Source: Piscinibacter sp.
Lineage (GTDB): Bacteria > Pseudomonadota > Gammaproteobacteria > Burkholderiales > Burkholderiaceae_C
Length of the DNA: 64,000 bases
Assembly: GCF_041496605.1 (NCBI RefSeq)
Contig: NZ_JBGQEX010000003.1
Direction: 5' to 3' (one strand)
Shown here: one piece after another, positions 48,588-58,217 of the stretch
How positions within the stretch are numbered: position 1 is the first letter of the stretch
Layout of the letters: every line of letters begins with the position of its first letter
Position numbers and translations under genes: made by a program
The notes under the pieces: generated by a model
Told to the model about the DNA's origin: nothing
The model's database searches: none
The model's input: only the letters and a program-made list of their open reading frames with translations

Positions 48588-49864
48588 AAGTTCTAGTCAT
48601 CGGCGCGGGCGGACGCGAGCATGCGCTGGCGTGGAAACTCGTCCAGTCGCCCAAGGTGCAATCGGTGTACGTGGCGCCCGGCAACGGCGGCACGGCCATC
48701 GACAACCGGCTGCACAACGTTCCGATCACCGACTTCCATGAACTCGCCGACTTCGTGCAGACCGAGAAGATCGCGTTGACGGTGGTCGGGCCTGAAGGGC
48801 CGCTGGCGGCCGGCGTGGTCGACGTGTTCCGCGAACGTGGCTTGCGTGTGTTCGGCCCGACCAGGGCTGCCGCGCAGCTGGAAAGCTCCAAGGCCTTCGC
48901 GAAGGAGTTCATGAAGCGGCACAAGATCCCGACGGCCGCCTACGAAACCTTCGTCGACGCGGCCAAGGCGCATGCCTATGTCGACGCCAAGGGCGCGCCG
49001 ATCGTCATCAAGGCCGACGGGCTGGCGGCCGGCAAGGGCGTGGTCGTGGCCACCACGCTCGTGCAGGCGCACGAGGCCATCGACTGGATGCTGCAGGACA
49101 ACAAGCTCGGCGTGCAGCACAACGAAGGCGGCGCCCGGGTCGTCATCGAGGAGTTCCTCGAAGGCGAGGAAGCCAGCTTCATCGTGCTGTGCGATGGCAA
49201 GAACGTCATTTCGCTGGCTACCAGCCAGGACCACAAGCGCCTGCGCGACAACGACGAGGGCCCCAACACCGGTGGCATGGGCGCCTATTCGCCGGCGCCG
49301 GTGGTGACGCCCAACGTGCACGCGAAGGTGATGCACCAGATCGTGCTGCCCACCGTCCAGGGCATGGCCCGCGAGGGGATTTCGTTCACCGGTTTCCTCT
49401 ACGCCGGCCTGATGATCGACGCCTACGGCGACCCGCGCACGGTGGAGTTCAACTGCCGCCTCGGTGACCCCGAGACGCAGCCGATCATGATGCGGCTCAA
49501 GAGCGACCTGTTCGACGTGCTGGTGCATGCCGCCGACGGCACGCTCGACCAGGTCGAATTGCACTGGGATCGCCGCGTCGCGCTGGGCGTGGTGATGGCC
49601 GCCGAGGGGTACCCATTGAACCCGCGCAAGGGCGACTTGGTGACCGGCTTGCCCCACGAGGCAGCCGACGCGGTGGTGTTCCATGCCGGCACCGCGCTGC
49701 GCGGGCACGAGATCGTGACCGCGGGCGGGCGCGTGCTGTGCGTCACCGCCATGGGCGATTCGGTGAAGCAGGCGCAGCAACGGGCCTACGACACCTTGCA
49801 GGGCATCCACTTCGATGGCGCGCAGTTCAGGCGCGACATCGGGCACCGTGCGATCAAACGCTGA
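48584..49864 (+). CDS. purD: phosphoribosylamine--glycine ligase
   Basis: MKVLVIGAGGREHALAWKL, with full-length PurD similarity and an ATP-grasp fold. Confidence 0.97.
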   Translation: MKVLVIGAGGREHALAWKLVQSPKVQSVYVAPGNGGTAIDNRLHNVPITDFHELADFVQTEKIALTVVGPEGPLAAGVVDVFRERGLRVFGPTRAAAQLESSKAFAKEFMKRHKIPTAAYETFVDAAKAHAYVDAKGAPIVIKADGLAAGKGVVVATTLVQAHEAIDWMLQDNKLGVQHNEGGARVVIEEFLEGEEASFIVLCDGKNVISLATSQDHKRLRDNDEGPNTGGMGAYSPAPVVTPNVHAKVMHQIVLPTVQGMAREGISFTGFLYAGLMIDAYGDPRTVEFNCRLGDPETQPIMMRLKSDLFDVLVHAADGTLDQVELHWDRRVALGVVMAAEGYPLNPRKGDLVTGLPHEAADAVVFHAGTALRGHEIVTAGGRVLCVTAMGDSVKQAQQRAYDTLQGIHFDGAQFRRDIGHRAIKR

Positions 49865-49900
49865 GCCTGCCTTTCACACGCTGAGCCTGCCATTCACACG
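49861..49900. repeat. 20-bp tandem direct repeat spanning the purD stop codon
   Basis: CTGAGCCTGCCTTTCACACG followed by CTGAGCCTGCCATTCACACG (one mismatch). Confidence 0.9.
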
Positions 49901-49905
49901 CCCAC

Positions 49906-50508
49906 ATGCAAGTTCTCGGTCGGCCGGTGCAGTTGCGCGGCAGCGCTCTGGCGCGCGTGCTGCTGCGCGCGATGGGCTGGCAGGTGCGTTTTGAAGGATT
50001 GCCCGCTCTACAAGGCGTTGCGATCGTCTACCCGCACACCTCGAACTGGGATTTCGTCATCGGTCTGCTCGCCAAGTGGAGCATTGGGATGCCGGTCACG
50101 TTCTGGGGCAAGGACAGCCTGTTCCGGCTGCCGCTGTTCGGGCGCTGGCTGCGTTGGCTGGGCGGCAGGCCGGTCGACCGCCACGCGCCGCAGGGCGTCG
50201 TCGGCCAGATGTCCGACGAGCTGAAAGCCGCGCGGCGTGACGCTCGCTTCATGTGGCTGGCGCTGTCGCCCGAAGGCACGCGCAAGCGGCAGCACGCTTG
50301 GCGCACGGGCTTTTACCATGTGGCGTGCGCGGCGCAGGTGCCGCTGGGTCTCGTCTACTTCGACTATCCGCAACGCATCGTCAGTGTCGAGCGCTTCATG
50401 ACGCTGAGCGGCGACACGGTGGTCGACATGGCCGAAATTCGAGACTATCTTGGCCACCACGTCGGTAAGCGGCCGTCGCAGGCCACACCGATTCAACTCA
50501 AACCATGA
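49906..50508 (+). CDS. 1-acyl-sn-glycerol-3-phosphate acyltransferase family protein
   Basis: HX4D motif (HTSNWD) and the SPEGTRK motif, in a 200-aa protein. Confidence 0.8.
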   Translation: MQVLGRPVQLRGSALARVLLRAMGWQVRFEGLPALQGVAIVYPHTSNWDFVIGLLAKWSIGMPVTFWGKDSLFRLPLFGRWLRWLGGRPVDRHAPQGVVGQMSDELKAARRDARFMWLALSPEGTRKRQHAWRTGFYHVACAAQVPLGLVYFDYPQRIVSVERFMTLSGDTVVDMAEIRDYLGHHVGKRPSQATPIQLKP

Positions 50509-51419
50509 AGACACAAGACGTTCGCGACTATCTGCTGGGTCTGCAGGCCCGCATCGTCGGCGCGATGGAGGCCGACGACGGCACGCCGTTCATCACCGAT
50601 CGCTGGGAGCGCGAACCTGATAGTGCGCTTCAAGGGGAAGGCCTGTCGCGACTGGTCGAGGAAGGCGGCCTGCTCGAACGCGGCGGCTGCAGCTTTTCGC
50701 ACGTGAAAGGGCGCGCGCTGCCGCCTTCGGCCACGCAGCACCGGCCCGAGCTGGCCGGTGCACCGTTCGAGGCGATGGGCGTGTCGCTGGTGTTCCACCC
50801 GCGCAATCCGTACGTTCCGACGGTGCACATGAACGTGCGCATGCTGTCCGCGTTGCCCGAGGGGCGCGACCCGGTCACCTGGTTCGGTGGCGGCATGGAC
50901 CTCACGCCCTACTACGGCTTCGAAGAAGACGCGCAGCACTTCCACCGCGTGAACCGCGACGCGCTGGCCCCGTTCGGAGCCGACCTGTACCCGCGCTTCA
51001 AGCGGTGGTGCGACGAGTACTTCTTCCTCAAGCACCGCAAAGAGCCGCGCGGCATCGGCGGCGTGTTCTACGACGACTTCTCTGAACTCGGGTTCGAAGC
51101 CAGCTTCGCGATGACGCGCGCCGTCGGCGACGCCTTTCTCGCCGCCTACCTGCCGATCGTGCAGCGGCGCAGGAATGTCCCGTACGGCGAGCGCGAGCGC
51201 GACTTCCAGGCCTATCGGCGCGGCCGCTATGTCGAATTCAATCTCGTGTTCGACCGCGGTACGCTGTTCGGGCTGCAGTCGGGCGGGCGTACCGAGTCGA
51301 TCCTGATGTCCATGCCGCCGATCGTGAAGTGGCGCTACAACTGGCAGCCCGAAGCCGGCACACCCGAAGCGCGGCTGTACACCGACTTCCTCAGGCCACG
51401 CGACTGGGCAGCCGCTTGA
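50505..51419 (+). CDS. hemF: oxygen-dependent coproporphyrinogen III oxidase
   Basis: [26 protein letters not shown] and RGRYVEFNL motifs. ATGA overlap with the upstream gene. Confidence 0.96.
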   Translation: MKTQDVRDYLLGLQARIVGAMEADDGTPFITDRWEREPDSALQGEGLSRLVEEGGLLERGGCSFSHVKGRALPPSATQHRPELAGAPFEAMGVSLVFHPRNPYVPTVHMNVRMLSALPEGRDPVTWFGGGMDLTPYYGFEEDAQHFHRVNRDALAPFGADLYPRFKRWCDEYFFLKHRKEPRGIGGVFYDDFSELGFEASFAMTRAVGDAFLAAYLPIVQRRRNVPYGERERDFQAYRRGRYVEFNLVFDRGTLFGLQSGGRTESILMSMPPIVKWRYNWQPEAGTPEARLYTDFLRPRDWAAA

Positions 51420-52009
51420 TGCGCATCGGCCTGTTCGGCGGCAGTTTCGACCCCGTGCACAACGCGCACGTTGCACTCGCGCAGACCGCGCTCGATCACC
51501 TGCAACTCGACGAAGTGCGCTGGATACCTGCCGGCCAGCCGTGGCAGAAGAACCGCCAGCTCACGCCAGCCACCGATCGCGAAGCGATGGTCGCGCTGGC
51601 GATTCAACGCGAGCCCCGTTTCACGCTCGAACGCTGCGAACTGCAGCGCAGCGGCGCCAGTTATACGCTCGACACCGTGCGCGAATTGCAGGCGGCGCAG
51701 CCCGGCGCGCAGTGGTTCCTCATCATTGGCCAGGACCAGTACGCCGGCCTGCACACCTGGCGCGACTGGCAGGAATTGCTGGGCCTCGTGACGCTCGCCG
51801 TGGCCAAGCGGCCCGGCGCGTCGGCGCCAAGCAACCCCGACGTGATGCAAGTCGCGCACCGCGAAGTGGCCCTGCCGATGATGGACATCTCGTCCACCGA
51901 GATTCGCCGGCGCATCGCCGAGGGCCGGGGTTTCACCGGCATGGTGCCCGATGCCGTGGCGCGCTATATTGACCAACACCACCTCTATCGAGGGCAATCC
52001 GGGAGCTGA
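51419..52009 (+). CDS. nadD: nicotinate-nucleotide adenylyltransferase
   Basis: GLFGGSFDPVHNAH (HxGH-type) and ISSTEIRRR motifs. The ATG at 51419 overlaps the hemF stop. Confidence 0.93.
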   Translation: MRIGLFGGSFDPVHNAHVALAQTALDHLQLDEVRWIPAGQPWQKNRQLTPATDREAMVALAIQREPRFTLERCELQRSGASYTLDTVRELQAAQPGAQWFLIIGQDQYAGLHTWRDWQELLGLVTLAVAKRPGASAPSNPDVMQVAHREVALPMMDISSTEIRRRIAEGRGFTGMVPDAVARYIDQHHLYRGQSGS

Positions 52010-52621
52010 ATGGACATTCGTAAACTGCAACGCGCCATCGTCGATGGTCTGGAAGACGTGAAAGGCCACAACATTGCGGTCTTCAACACCGAGCATCTGT
52101 CGCCGCTGTTCGAGCGGGTGATCATCGCCTCCGGTACCAGCAACCGGCAGACCAAGGCGCTTGCCGCCAGTGTGCGCGACGCGGTCAAGTCCAGGGGCTT
52201 CGGCGTCACGCGCACCGAGGGCGAAGACAACGGCGAATGGATCATCGTGGATTGTGGTGCGGCCGTCGTGCACGTGATGCAGCCGTCGATTCGCGACTAT
52301 TACCACCTGGAAGAAATCTGGGGCGACAAGCCGGTGAAGATGAAGATCGACACCGCGCCGGTGAAGCTGGTGAAGGCCGCTGCGCCGCAGAAGGTGGCGT
52401 CGACCAAGGCACCCGCGAAGACTGCGCCGCCAAAGAAGGCCCCCGCGAAGAAGGCCGCGGTGAAGAAGACCGTGGCAAAGAAAGCGCCGGCGAAGAAGGC
52501 GCCGCCCCGGACCGGGGTCACGCGAACCGTGGGTGTGAAGAGCGCGGCCGCCAAGAAAGCGCCGGCCAAGACGGCGCCGGCAAAGAAGTCGGTTGCGAAG
52601 ACCGCAAGCCGCCGCGCGTGA
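52010..52621 (+). CDS. rsfS: ribosome silencing factor RsfS with C-terminal Lys/Ala/Pro-rich extension
   Basis: The N-terminal ~112 aa match RsfS/YbeB ([19 protein letters not shown]...[16 protein letters not shown]). A ~90 aa AKKAP-type tail follows. Context is nadD-rsfS-rlmH. Confidence 0.88.
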   Translation: MDIRKLQRAIVDGLEDVKGHNIAVFNTEHLSPLFERVIIASGTSNRQTKALAASVRDAVKSRGFGVTRTEGEDNGEWIIVDCGAAVVHVMQPSIRDYYHLEEIWGDKPVKMKIDTAPVKLVKAAAPQKVASTKAPAKTAPPKKAPAKKAAVKKTVAKKAPAKKAPPRTGVTRTVGVKSAAAKKAPAKTAPAKKSVAKTASRRA

Positions 52622-53085
52622 AGCTCGTGCTGGTCGCGGTGGGCCAGCGCCCGCCGGCTTGGGCCCAGACGGCCTACGACGACTTCGCCAAGCGTTTTCC
52701 GCCTGAACTGCGGCTGGAGCTGAAGGCCGTCAAGGCCGAGCCCCGTGGTTCCAAAACCGCCGAGCAGTTGATGGCCGCGGAGGCAGCGCGCATCGAGGCG
52801 GCCATTCCCAAGGGCGCGCGGCGGGTGGTGCTCGACGAACGCGGCACCCGCCTGAGCACGCTGCAGCTGGCCACACGCATGACGGCCTGGATGAACGACG
52901 GCCGCGATGTTGCCCTGATCGTGGGCGGGCCGGACGGCCTGGACGCCGCGTTGAAGGCCCGCGCCGACGAGACACTGCGCCTGTCGGACCTGACGCTGCC
53001 GCATGCCTTCGTGCGCGTGCTGCTGGCGGAAGGCCTGTACCGCGCATGGACGGTGATGGTGAACCATCCGTATCACCGTGAGTGA
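52618..53085 (+). CDS. rlmH: 23S rRNA (pseudouridine1915-N3)-methyltransferase RlmH
   Basis: About 155 aa SPOUT protein ending ...[21 protein letters not shown]. The GTG at 52618 overlaps the rsfS stop. Confidence 0.93.
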   Translation: MKLVLVAVGQRPPAWAQTAYDDFAKRFPPELRLELKAVKAEPRGSKTAEQLMAAEAARIEAAIPKGARRVVLDERGTRLSTLQLATRMTAWMNDGRDVALIVGGPDGLDAALKARADETLRLSDLTLPHAFVRVLLAEGLYRAWTVMVNHPYHRE

Positions 53086-53107
53086 GACGATCGGTATCCT
53101 GTTCGGG

Positions 53108-53182
53108 CTGAGGTATCGAAGCCCTCGACCGGTCGGCACGGGCACTTCGACGGTGAAGCCACCCCGTCCTGAGGTATCGAAG
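53108..53182. repeat. two copies of the 14-mer CTGAGGTATCGAAG, 61 bp apart, in the rlmH-maf spacer
   Basis: Exact copies at 53108-53121 and 53169-53182. An imperfect TCGAAGCCC...GGGCACTTCGA inverted repeat lies between them. Confidence 0.85.
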
Positions 53183-53205
53183 GATCAGGGCTAACGGAAG
53201 CCTGG

Positions 53206-53817
53206 ATGACCACCGATCACACCTTCATCTACCTCGCGTCACAGAGCCCGCGCCGCCGCCAGTTGCTGCAGCAACTGGGGGTTCGCCACGAGTTGCTGTT
53301 GCCCGGGCCCGAAGAGGACGCAGAAGGCCTGGAAGCGGAAGTGCCGGGCGAGATCCCGCTCGCCTACGTGGAACGCGTGACGCGCGCCAAGCTGCACGCC
53401 GCGCAACGGCGCCTCACGGCGCGCCAGCTCCCCGCCGCACCGATCCTCTGTTCGGACACGACCGTGGCGCTCGGCCGGCGGCTGCTCGGCAAGCCCGCAG
53501 ACGCCGCCGCGGCGCAGGCCACGCTCACGCTGCTGTCCGGTCGCACCCACCGCGTCATCACGGCCGTCGCACTGGCCTGGGGCCGGGATGAGGCGCTGGC
53601 GGTGAACGTCTCGCGCGTGCGTTTCGCGACGCTGACGGCGCAGCAGGTCGCGCACTACGTCGCCAGTGGTGAGCCGTTCGGCAAGGCCGGCGCCTACGCG
53701 ATCCAGAGCGCCGCAGCGGCGTGGATCGCCCATATCGAAGGCAGCTACTCCGGTATCATGGGTTTGCCCCTGTACGAGACGGCACAACTGCTGAGACAAG
53801 CGCGCGTCAGGTTCTGA
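53206..53817 (+). CDS. maf: Maf family nucleoside-triphosphate pyrophosphatase
   Basis: [12 protein letters not shown] and GKAGAYAIQ motifs. Confidence 0.9.
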   Translation: MTTDHTFIYLASQSPRRRQLLQQLGVRHELLLPGPEEDAEGLEAEVPGEIPLAYVERVTRAKLHAAQRRLTARQLPAAPILCSDTTVALGRRLLGKPADAAAAQATLTLLSGRTHRVITAVALAWGRDEALAVNVSRVRFATLTAQQVAHYVASGEPFGKAGAYAIQSAAAAWIAHIEGSYSGIMGLPLYETAQLLRQARVRF

Positions 53818-53852
53818 ACGTCTGAGCGCGCCGCCACAACAACATACCGTCC

Positions 53853-55334
53853 ATGCAAGACATCCTCATCAACTGGGCTCCGCAGGAAACGCGTGTCGCC
53901 GTGGTCGAGAACGGCGCCGTGCAAGAGCTGCACATCGAACGCACGCTCGAGCGCGGCCTGGTCGGCAACATCTACGCCGGCCGCGTGGCCCGCGTGCTGC
54001 CCGGCATGCAGTCGGCGTTCATCGACATCGGCCTGGAGCGCGCGGCGTTCCTGCATGTGGCCGATGTGAATATGAATGGCGGCACGCAGCGCGGCGATCA
54101 CGGGCCCGGCGCGCCGCCGCCGCCGCCGATCGAGCGCCTGGTGTTCGAAGGCCAGACACTCACCGTGCAAGTCATCAAGGACCCGATCGGCACCAAGGGC
54201 GCGCGGCTGTCCACGCAGATCAGCATCGCGGGCCGCCTGCTCGTGTTCCTGCCGCAAGACGACCACATCGGCATCTCGCAGAAGATCGGCTCGCCCGAGC
54301 TGCGCGAGCAACTGCGCGCCCGCATGACGGTGCTGGTGGGCAAGCCGGAAGAGGGCGGCGGCGGCTTCATCCTGCGCACCAACGCCGAGGAAGCCACCGA
54401 CGACGACCTGGCCGACGACATTGCGTACCTGCGCAAGACCTGGGGCGCGATCCGCGAGCGCAGCTTCAAATCGCCGTCGGGCACGCTGCTGCACCAGGAC
54501 CTGAGCCTGACCGAACGCGTGCTGCGCGACCTGGCACACGACGCCACGCAGTCGATCCGCATCGACTCGCGCATGCAGTTCGACGCGCTCAAAGCCTTCG
54601 GCGAGGAATTCACGCCCACGTCGGTGAGCAAGCTCGAGCACTACAAGGGCGAGCGGCCGATCTTCGACCTCTACAACATCGACGAAGAGGTCACCAAGGC
54701 GCTGGGGCGGCGCGTCGACTTGAAGTCGGGCGGCTACCTCATCATCGACCAGACCGAGGCACTGACCACGGTCGACGTGAACACCGGCGGCTATGTCGGC
54801 GCGCGCAATTTCGACGACACGATCTTCAAGACCAACCTCGAAGCCGCGCAGGCAATTGCGCGCCAGCTGCGCTTGCGCAACCTGGGCGGCATCATCATCG
54901 TCGACTTCATCGACATGGCACGCGAGGAACACCAGGCGGCGGTGCTGGCCGAGTTCCGCAAGCAGCTCGCCCGCGACCGCACCAAGATCACCGTCAGCGG
55001 CTTCACGCAGCTCGGCCTGGTGGAGATGACGCGCAAGCGCACCCGCGAGTCGCTCGCGCACATGCTGTGCGAGCCATGCCCGACCTGCGAAGGCAAGGGC
55101 CAGGTGAAGACGCCGCGCAGCGTCTGCTACGACATCCTGCGCGAGATTCTTCGTGAGGCACGACAGTTCAACCCGAAGGAGTTCCGCGTCATCGCATCGG
55201 CGTCGGTGGTTGAGATGATGCTCGACGAAGAGAGCCAGCATCTCGCCGGCCTCTCCGATTTCATCGGCAAGCCGATCTCGCTGCAGGCCGAGGCCACTGG
55301 CTCGCCGGAGCAGTACGACATCGTGCTGATGTAG
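53853..55334 (+). CDS. rng: ribonuclease G
   Basis: S1 domain (GNIYAGRVARVLPGMQSAFIDIG), the RNase E/G catalytic core (VDVNTGGY, IIIVDFIDM) and a zinc link (CPTCEGKG). Confidence 0.93.
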   Translation: MQDILINWAPQETRVAVVENGAVQELHIERTLERGLVGNIYAGRVARVLPGMQSAFIDIGLERAAFLHVADVNMNGGTQRGDHGPGAPPPPPIERLVFEGQTLTVQVIKDPIGTKGARLSTQISIAGRLLVFLPQDDHIGISQKIGSPELREQLRARMTVLVGKPEEGGGGFILRTNAEEATDDDLADDIAYLRKTWGAIRERSFKSPSGTLLHQDLSLTERVLRDLAHDATQSIRIDSRMQFDALKAFGEEFTPTSVSKLEHYKGERPIFDLYNIDEEVTKALGRRVDLKSGGYLIIDQTEALTTVDVNTGGYVGARNFDDTIFKTNLEAAQAIARQLRLRNLGGIIIVDFIDMAREEHQAAVLAEFRKQLARDRTKITVSGFTQLGLVEMTRKRTRESLAHMLCEPCPTCEGKGQVKTPRSVCYDILREILREARQFNPKEFRVIASASVVEMMLDEESQHLAGLSDFIGKPISLQAEATGSPEQYDIVLM

Positions 55335-55488
55335 GGGTTCACGGCGTCTCGCCTCGTACCACTTTCCACAAGCAAGACCCTGTCAAAGAAGGAGTTTCTG
55401 GCTTCAGCGACTTTCTGAGATCGGGTGGCAATTGGCGAACGAATGGGTGCGTCGAAATGGGTGTAAATGGGCGCACTATTGGTGTCCG

Positions 55489-56538
55489 ATGATCCAGACC
55501 GCCTCCCTCCAGATCACCCCCGACATGCTGAGCCTCGTCGCCGGTATCGACGAGTTCAAGGGCGCTTGGCGGGCCCTTGGTAGGTTGGCACCGGATCGGC
55601 TGTCAGCACTGCTGCGGGTCGCCACGATCGAAAGCATCGGATCGTCCACCCGCATCGAGGGGAGCAAACTGTCCGACCGCGATGTCGAGCGCTTGCTGTC
55701 GAACCTGCAGGTCCAGACGTTCAGCACCCGCGACGAGCAGGAGGTCGCAGGCTACGCCAAAGTCATGGAGATGGTGTTCTTGTCGTGGCAGGACATTGCC
55801 CTGACCGAGAACCACATCAAGCAGTTGCACCGCGACTTGCTGACCCACAGCGAGAAGGACGCCTGGCACCGCGGCAGCTACAAGACTTCGACCAACAGCG
55901 TCGTCGCGTTCGACGAGAACGGCAAGCAGCTCGGTGTGGTGTTCGAGACGGCCACGCCATTCGACACCCCGCGGCTGATGACAGAACTGGTGACCTGGTT
56001 CAACGAGGAGCGCGGGGCAGGGCGCGTGCACCCGTTGCTGCTGATCGGCATTTGGGCGGTAGTCTTCCTCGAAATCCACCCGTTCCAGGACGGCAACGGT
56101 CGCTTGAGCCGCGTGCTCACCACCTTGCTTTTGTTGCAGTCCGGCTATGTCTACGTGCCCTACAGCTCTCTCGAAAGCGTCATAGAGCAGAGCAAGGAGG
56201 CCTACTACCTGGCTCTGCGCCAAACGCAGGGCACGATCCGCACTGAAGCGCCGAACTGGCAGCCGTGGCTCCTGTTCTTCCTGCGGGCGCTGGCCGAACA
56301 GGTGAGGCGCCTGAACCGGAAGATCGAACGCGAGAAGATGGTGCTGGCCACGCTGCCGGAGTTGTCGCTGCAGATCGTCGAGTTTGCACGCGAGCATGGC
56401 CGGGTGACGATGGCCGACGCGATCCGGCTCACTGGCAGCAGCCGCAATACGTTGAAGCAGCACTTCCGCGCTCTCGTGGAGCGCAGTTCCTTGGCGCAGC
56501 ACGGCAGCGGCCGCGGCGTCTGGTACGAGCTCGAGTAG
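55489..56538 (+). CDS. Fic family protein (class-II-like, with C-terminal winged-helix domain)
   Basis: Fic motif HPFQDGNGRLSR at 56077-56112 and a candidate cis inhibitory motif S-T-R-I-E-G at 55645-55662. TAG stop. Uses more TTG/AGG/ATA/GTA codons than its neighbours. Confidence 0.9.
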   Translation: MIQTASLQITPDMLSLVAGIDEFKGAWRALGRLAPDRLSALLRVATIESIGSSTRIEGSKLSDRDVERLLSNLQVQTFSTRDEQEVAGYAKVMEMVFLSWQDIALTENHIKQLHRDLLTHSEKDAWHRGSYKTSTNSVVAFDENGKQLGVVFETATPFDTPRLMTELVTWFNEERGAGRVHPLLLIGIWAVVFLEIHPFQDGNGRLSRVLTTLLLLQSGYVYVPYSSLESVIEQSKEAYYLALRQTQGTIRTEAPNWQPWLLFFLRALAEQVRRLNRKIEREKMVLATLPELSLQIVEFAREHGRVTMADAIRLTGSSRNTLKQHFRALVERSSLAQHGSGRGVWYELE

Positions 56539-56586
56539 GGTGCCCAATGCCGATGGCTACAGCCTCGAACTCAAGGCAACCTCGCG

Positions 56587-57201
56587 TCACGGCGCCGGCT
56601 TGACGGCCTCGAGTTCCCACAGGAAGTGCGTCAGCCGATGGCGCCAGCGGCGGTTCATCAGGCGCAGCTTCTGGCGCGTCGTCAGCGGCGCCGAGACCAG
56701 CGAATCGAGGTACACCACCCATTCGGTGCGCAGCGGCCTGAAGGCGCCGCTGAAGCCGTAGATGTGGCCGAGCGGCTTGTCGCCGCAGAAGTACTCGTGC
56801 GAGTGTTCGGAGATGAAGTTGACGTGGGTCGGGTCGACGAACGCCGCCTGGCTCGGGAAGGCGGGGGTCAGCGCGTAGAGCCGGCCACCGGGCGCCAACA
56901 CGCGCCAGATCTCGTTCATCAGGTTGATGAACGGGAACCAGGTGCTGCGCCCGTCGGGCGTCGTCAGCAAACGCGGCACATGCTCGATGAAGTCGTAGGC
57001 CGACACCGAACCGAAACTGCTGTCCGGGTAGGGGATCGGATCGAGCACGACATTGGCGCAGCGGAACTCGGCCTCAGGTGTCGATTCGAGCGGGCGGATG
57101 TCGACGCCGCACAACTCGCGCCGGCCGTAGGGGTTGCGCGGCGAAATGCCGCAGCCGAGATCGAGGTGCCGGTCGGGAAGGGAAGGCATCGGGGACTCCA
57201 T
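56587..57201 (-). CDS. class I SAM-dependent methyltransferase
   Basis: Motif I (HLDLGCGISP) and a post-I/II region (VLAPGGRLYALTP). Start is the ATG at 57201 or 57189. Confidence 0.75.
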   Translation of the reverse strand: MESPMPSLPDRHLDLGCGISPRNPYGRRELCGVDIRPLESTPEAEFRCANVVLDPIPYPDSSFGSVSAYDFIEHVPRLLTTPDGRSTWFPFINLMNEIWRVLAPGGRLYALTPAFPSQAAFVDPTHVNFISEHSHEYFCGDKPLGHIYGFSGAFRPLRTEWVVYLDSLVSAPLTTRQKLRLMNRRWRHRLTHFLWELEAVKPAP

Positions 57202-57212
57202 CGTTGAATCGC

Positions 57213-58217
57213 TCAGCGGGTGGGGGTGACGGCGGGAAAGCGCGCTTCGATGCCGCGTGAAGCGAGCGTGCGTCGGATGTCGCGGTGGCGCCAGCGCCAA
57301 CGCCAGCGCTTGAAGGGGCTGCGCGCCTCGTCCCACAACAAGGCCGCGAAGCGCCAGGCGGCGCGTTCGCGCCGGCCGTCGGTCCAGCCGCTGGACTCGG
57401 ACACGTCGATCAGGTGGCGCAGCGCCTGCGCATTGCCCTCGCGCACATGCTCGAAGCGCAGGTCACGATGGCGCTGCAGCAGCAAGGCGCGATTGCGCCG
57501 CATCAGCTCGTGCTGGCGCGTGCCCATCGCCGAGAAGCTGGCGCTTCCGACATGGGCGACGAACACGTCCTCGGCGATGACCTGCGCGAAGCCGGCCTGT
57601 CGCAAGCGCAGGCTGAAGTCGAAGTCTTCGTAGTAGCCCAGACCGAATGCCGGGTCGAGCCCGCCGAGTTGCTGCCACACCGAACGGCGCACCGCGACGC
57701 AGAAGAAGTCGGTCCGATAAGTGGGTGTCAGCAGGCCGGTGGGCGCGCGCATCGCGGCGGCGCCGATATCGGCCACCTGGTCCATCGGCACGTCGGGCAT
57801 GGGCAGGCGCTGGCCGTTGCCGGCGGCGTTGGTCACCGGCCCGACCATCGCCACGTCGGGTGGCACCCGGGCCAGGCTTGCCAGCAGCGCCGGCAACGCC
57901 CCCGAGGGGAACAGCGTATCGCTGTTGACGAGACAAATCCATTCGCCGCTGGCCACGGCAGCGCCGGCGTTCATGCCGCCCGCGAATCCCAGGTTCGTTG
58001 CCTGTGGCAGGTAGTTGAGGGCAGGCCAGCGCGCCGCGAGCTCGGAGCATCGACCGGCCGAGCCGTCGTCCGACCCGTTGTCGACCAGGATCAATTCGGT
58101 GCGCGGGTCATCCAGTGCGCCGGCCAGCGTCGCCATGCACGGGCCGGTCGTGGTGTCGAAGCGCTTGAACGACAGCACGACCAGCGACAGCCCCGCCGAA
58201 GCGGGCGCGGCGCTCAC
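57213..58217 (-). CDS. family 2 glycosyltransferase
   Basis: LSLVVLSFKRF...LILVDNGSDDGS...LVNSD, the GT-A architecture. The GTG at 58217 overlaps the upstream stop (GTGA). Confidence 0.85.
   Translation of the reverse strand: MSAAPASAGLSLVVLSFKRFDTTTGPCMATLAGALDDPRTELILVDNGSDDGSAGRCSELAARWPALNYLPQATNLGFAGGMNAGAAVASGEWICLVNSDTLFPSGALPALLASLARVPPDVAMVGPVTNAAGNGQRLPMPDVPMDQVADIGAAAMRAPTGLLTPTYRTDFFCVAVRRSVWQQLGGLDPAFGLGYYEDFDFSLRLRQAGFAQVIAEDVFVAHVGSASFSAMGTRQHELMRRNRALLLQRHRDLRFEHVREGNAQALRHLIDVSESSGWTDGRRERAAWRFAALLWDEARSPFKRWRWRWRHRDIRRTLASRGIEARFPAVTPTR

Noticed and set aside
55489-56538. Fic gene as part of a toxin-antitoxin pair
   Set aside because: No small adjacent ORF is positioned as an antitoxin, and the inhibitory-helix-like motif appears to be in cis. 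The evidence fits a class-II-like auto-inhibited Fic rather than a two-gene TA module.
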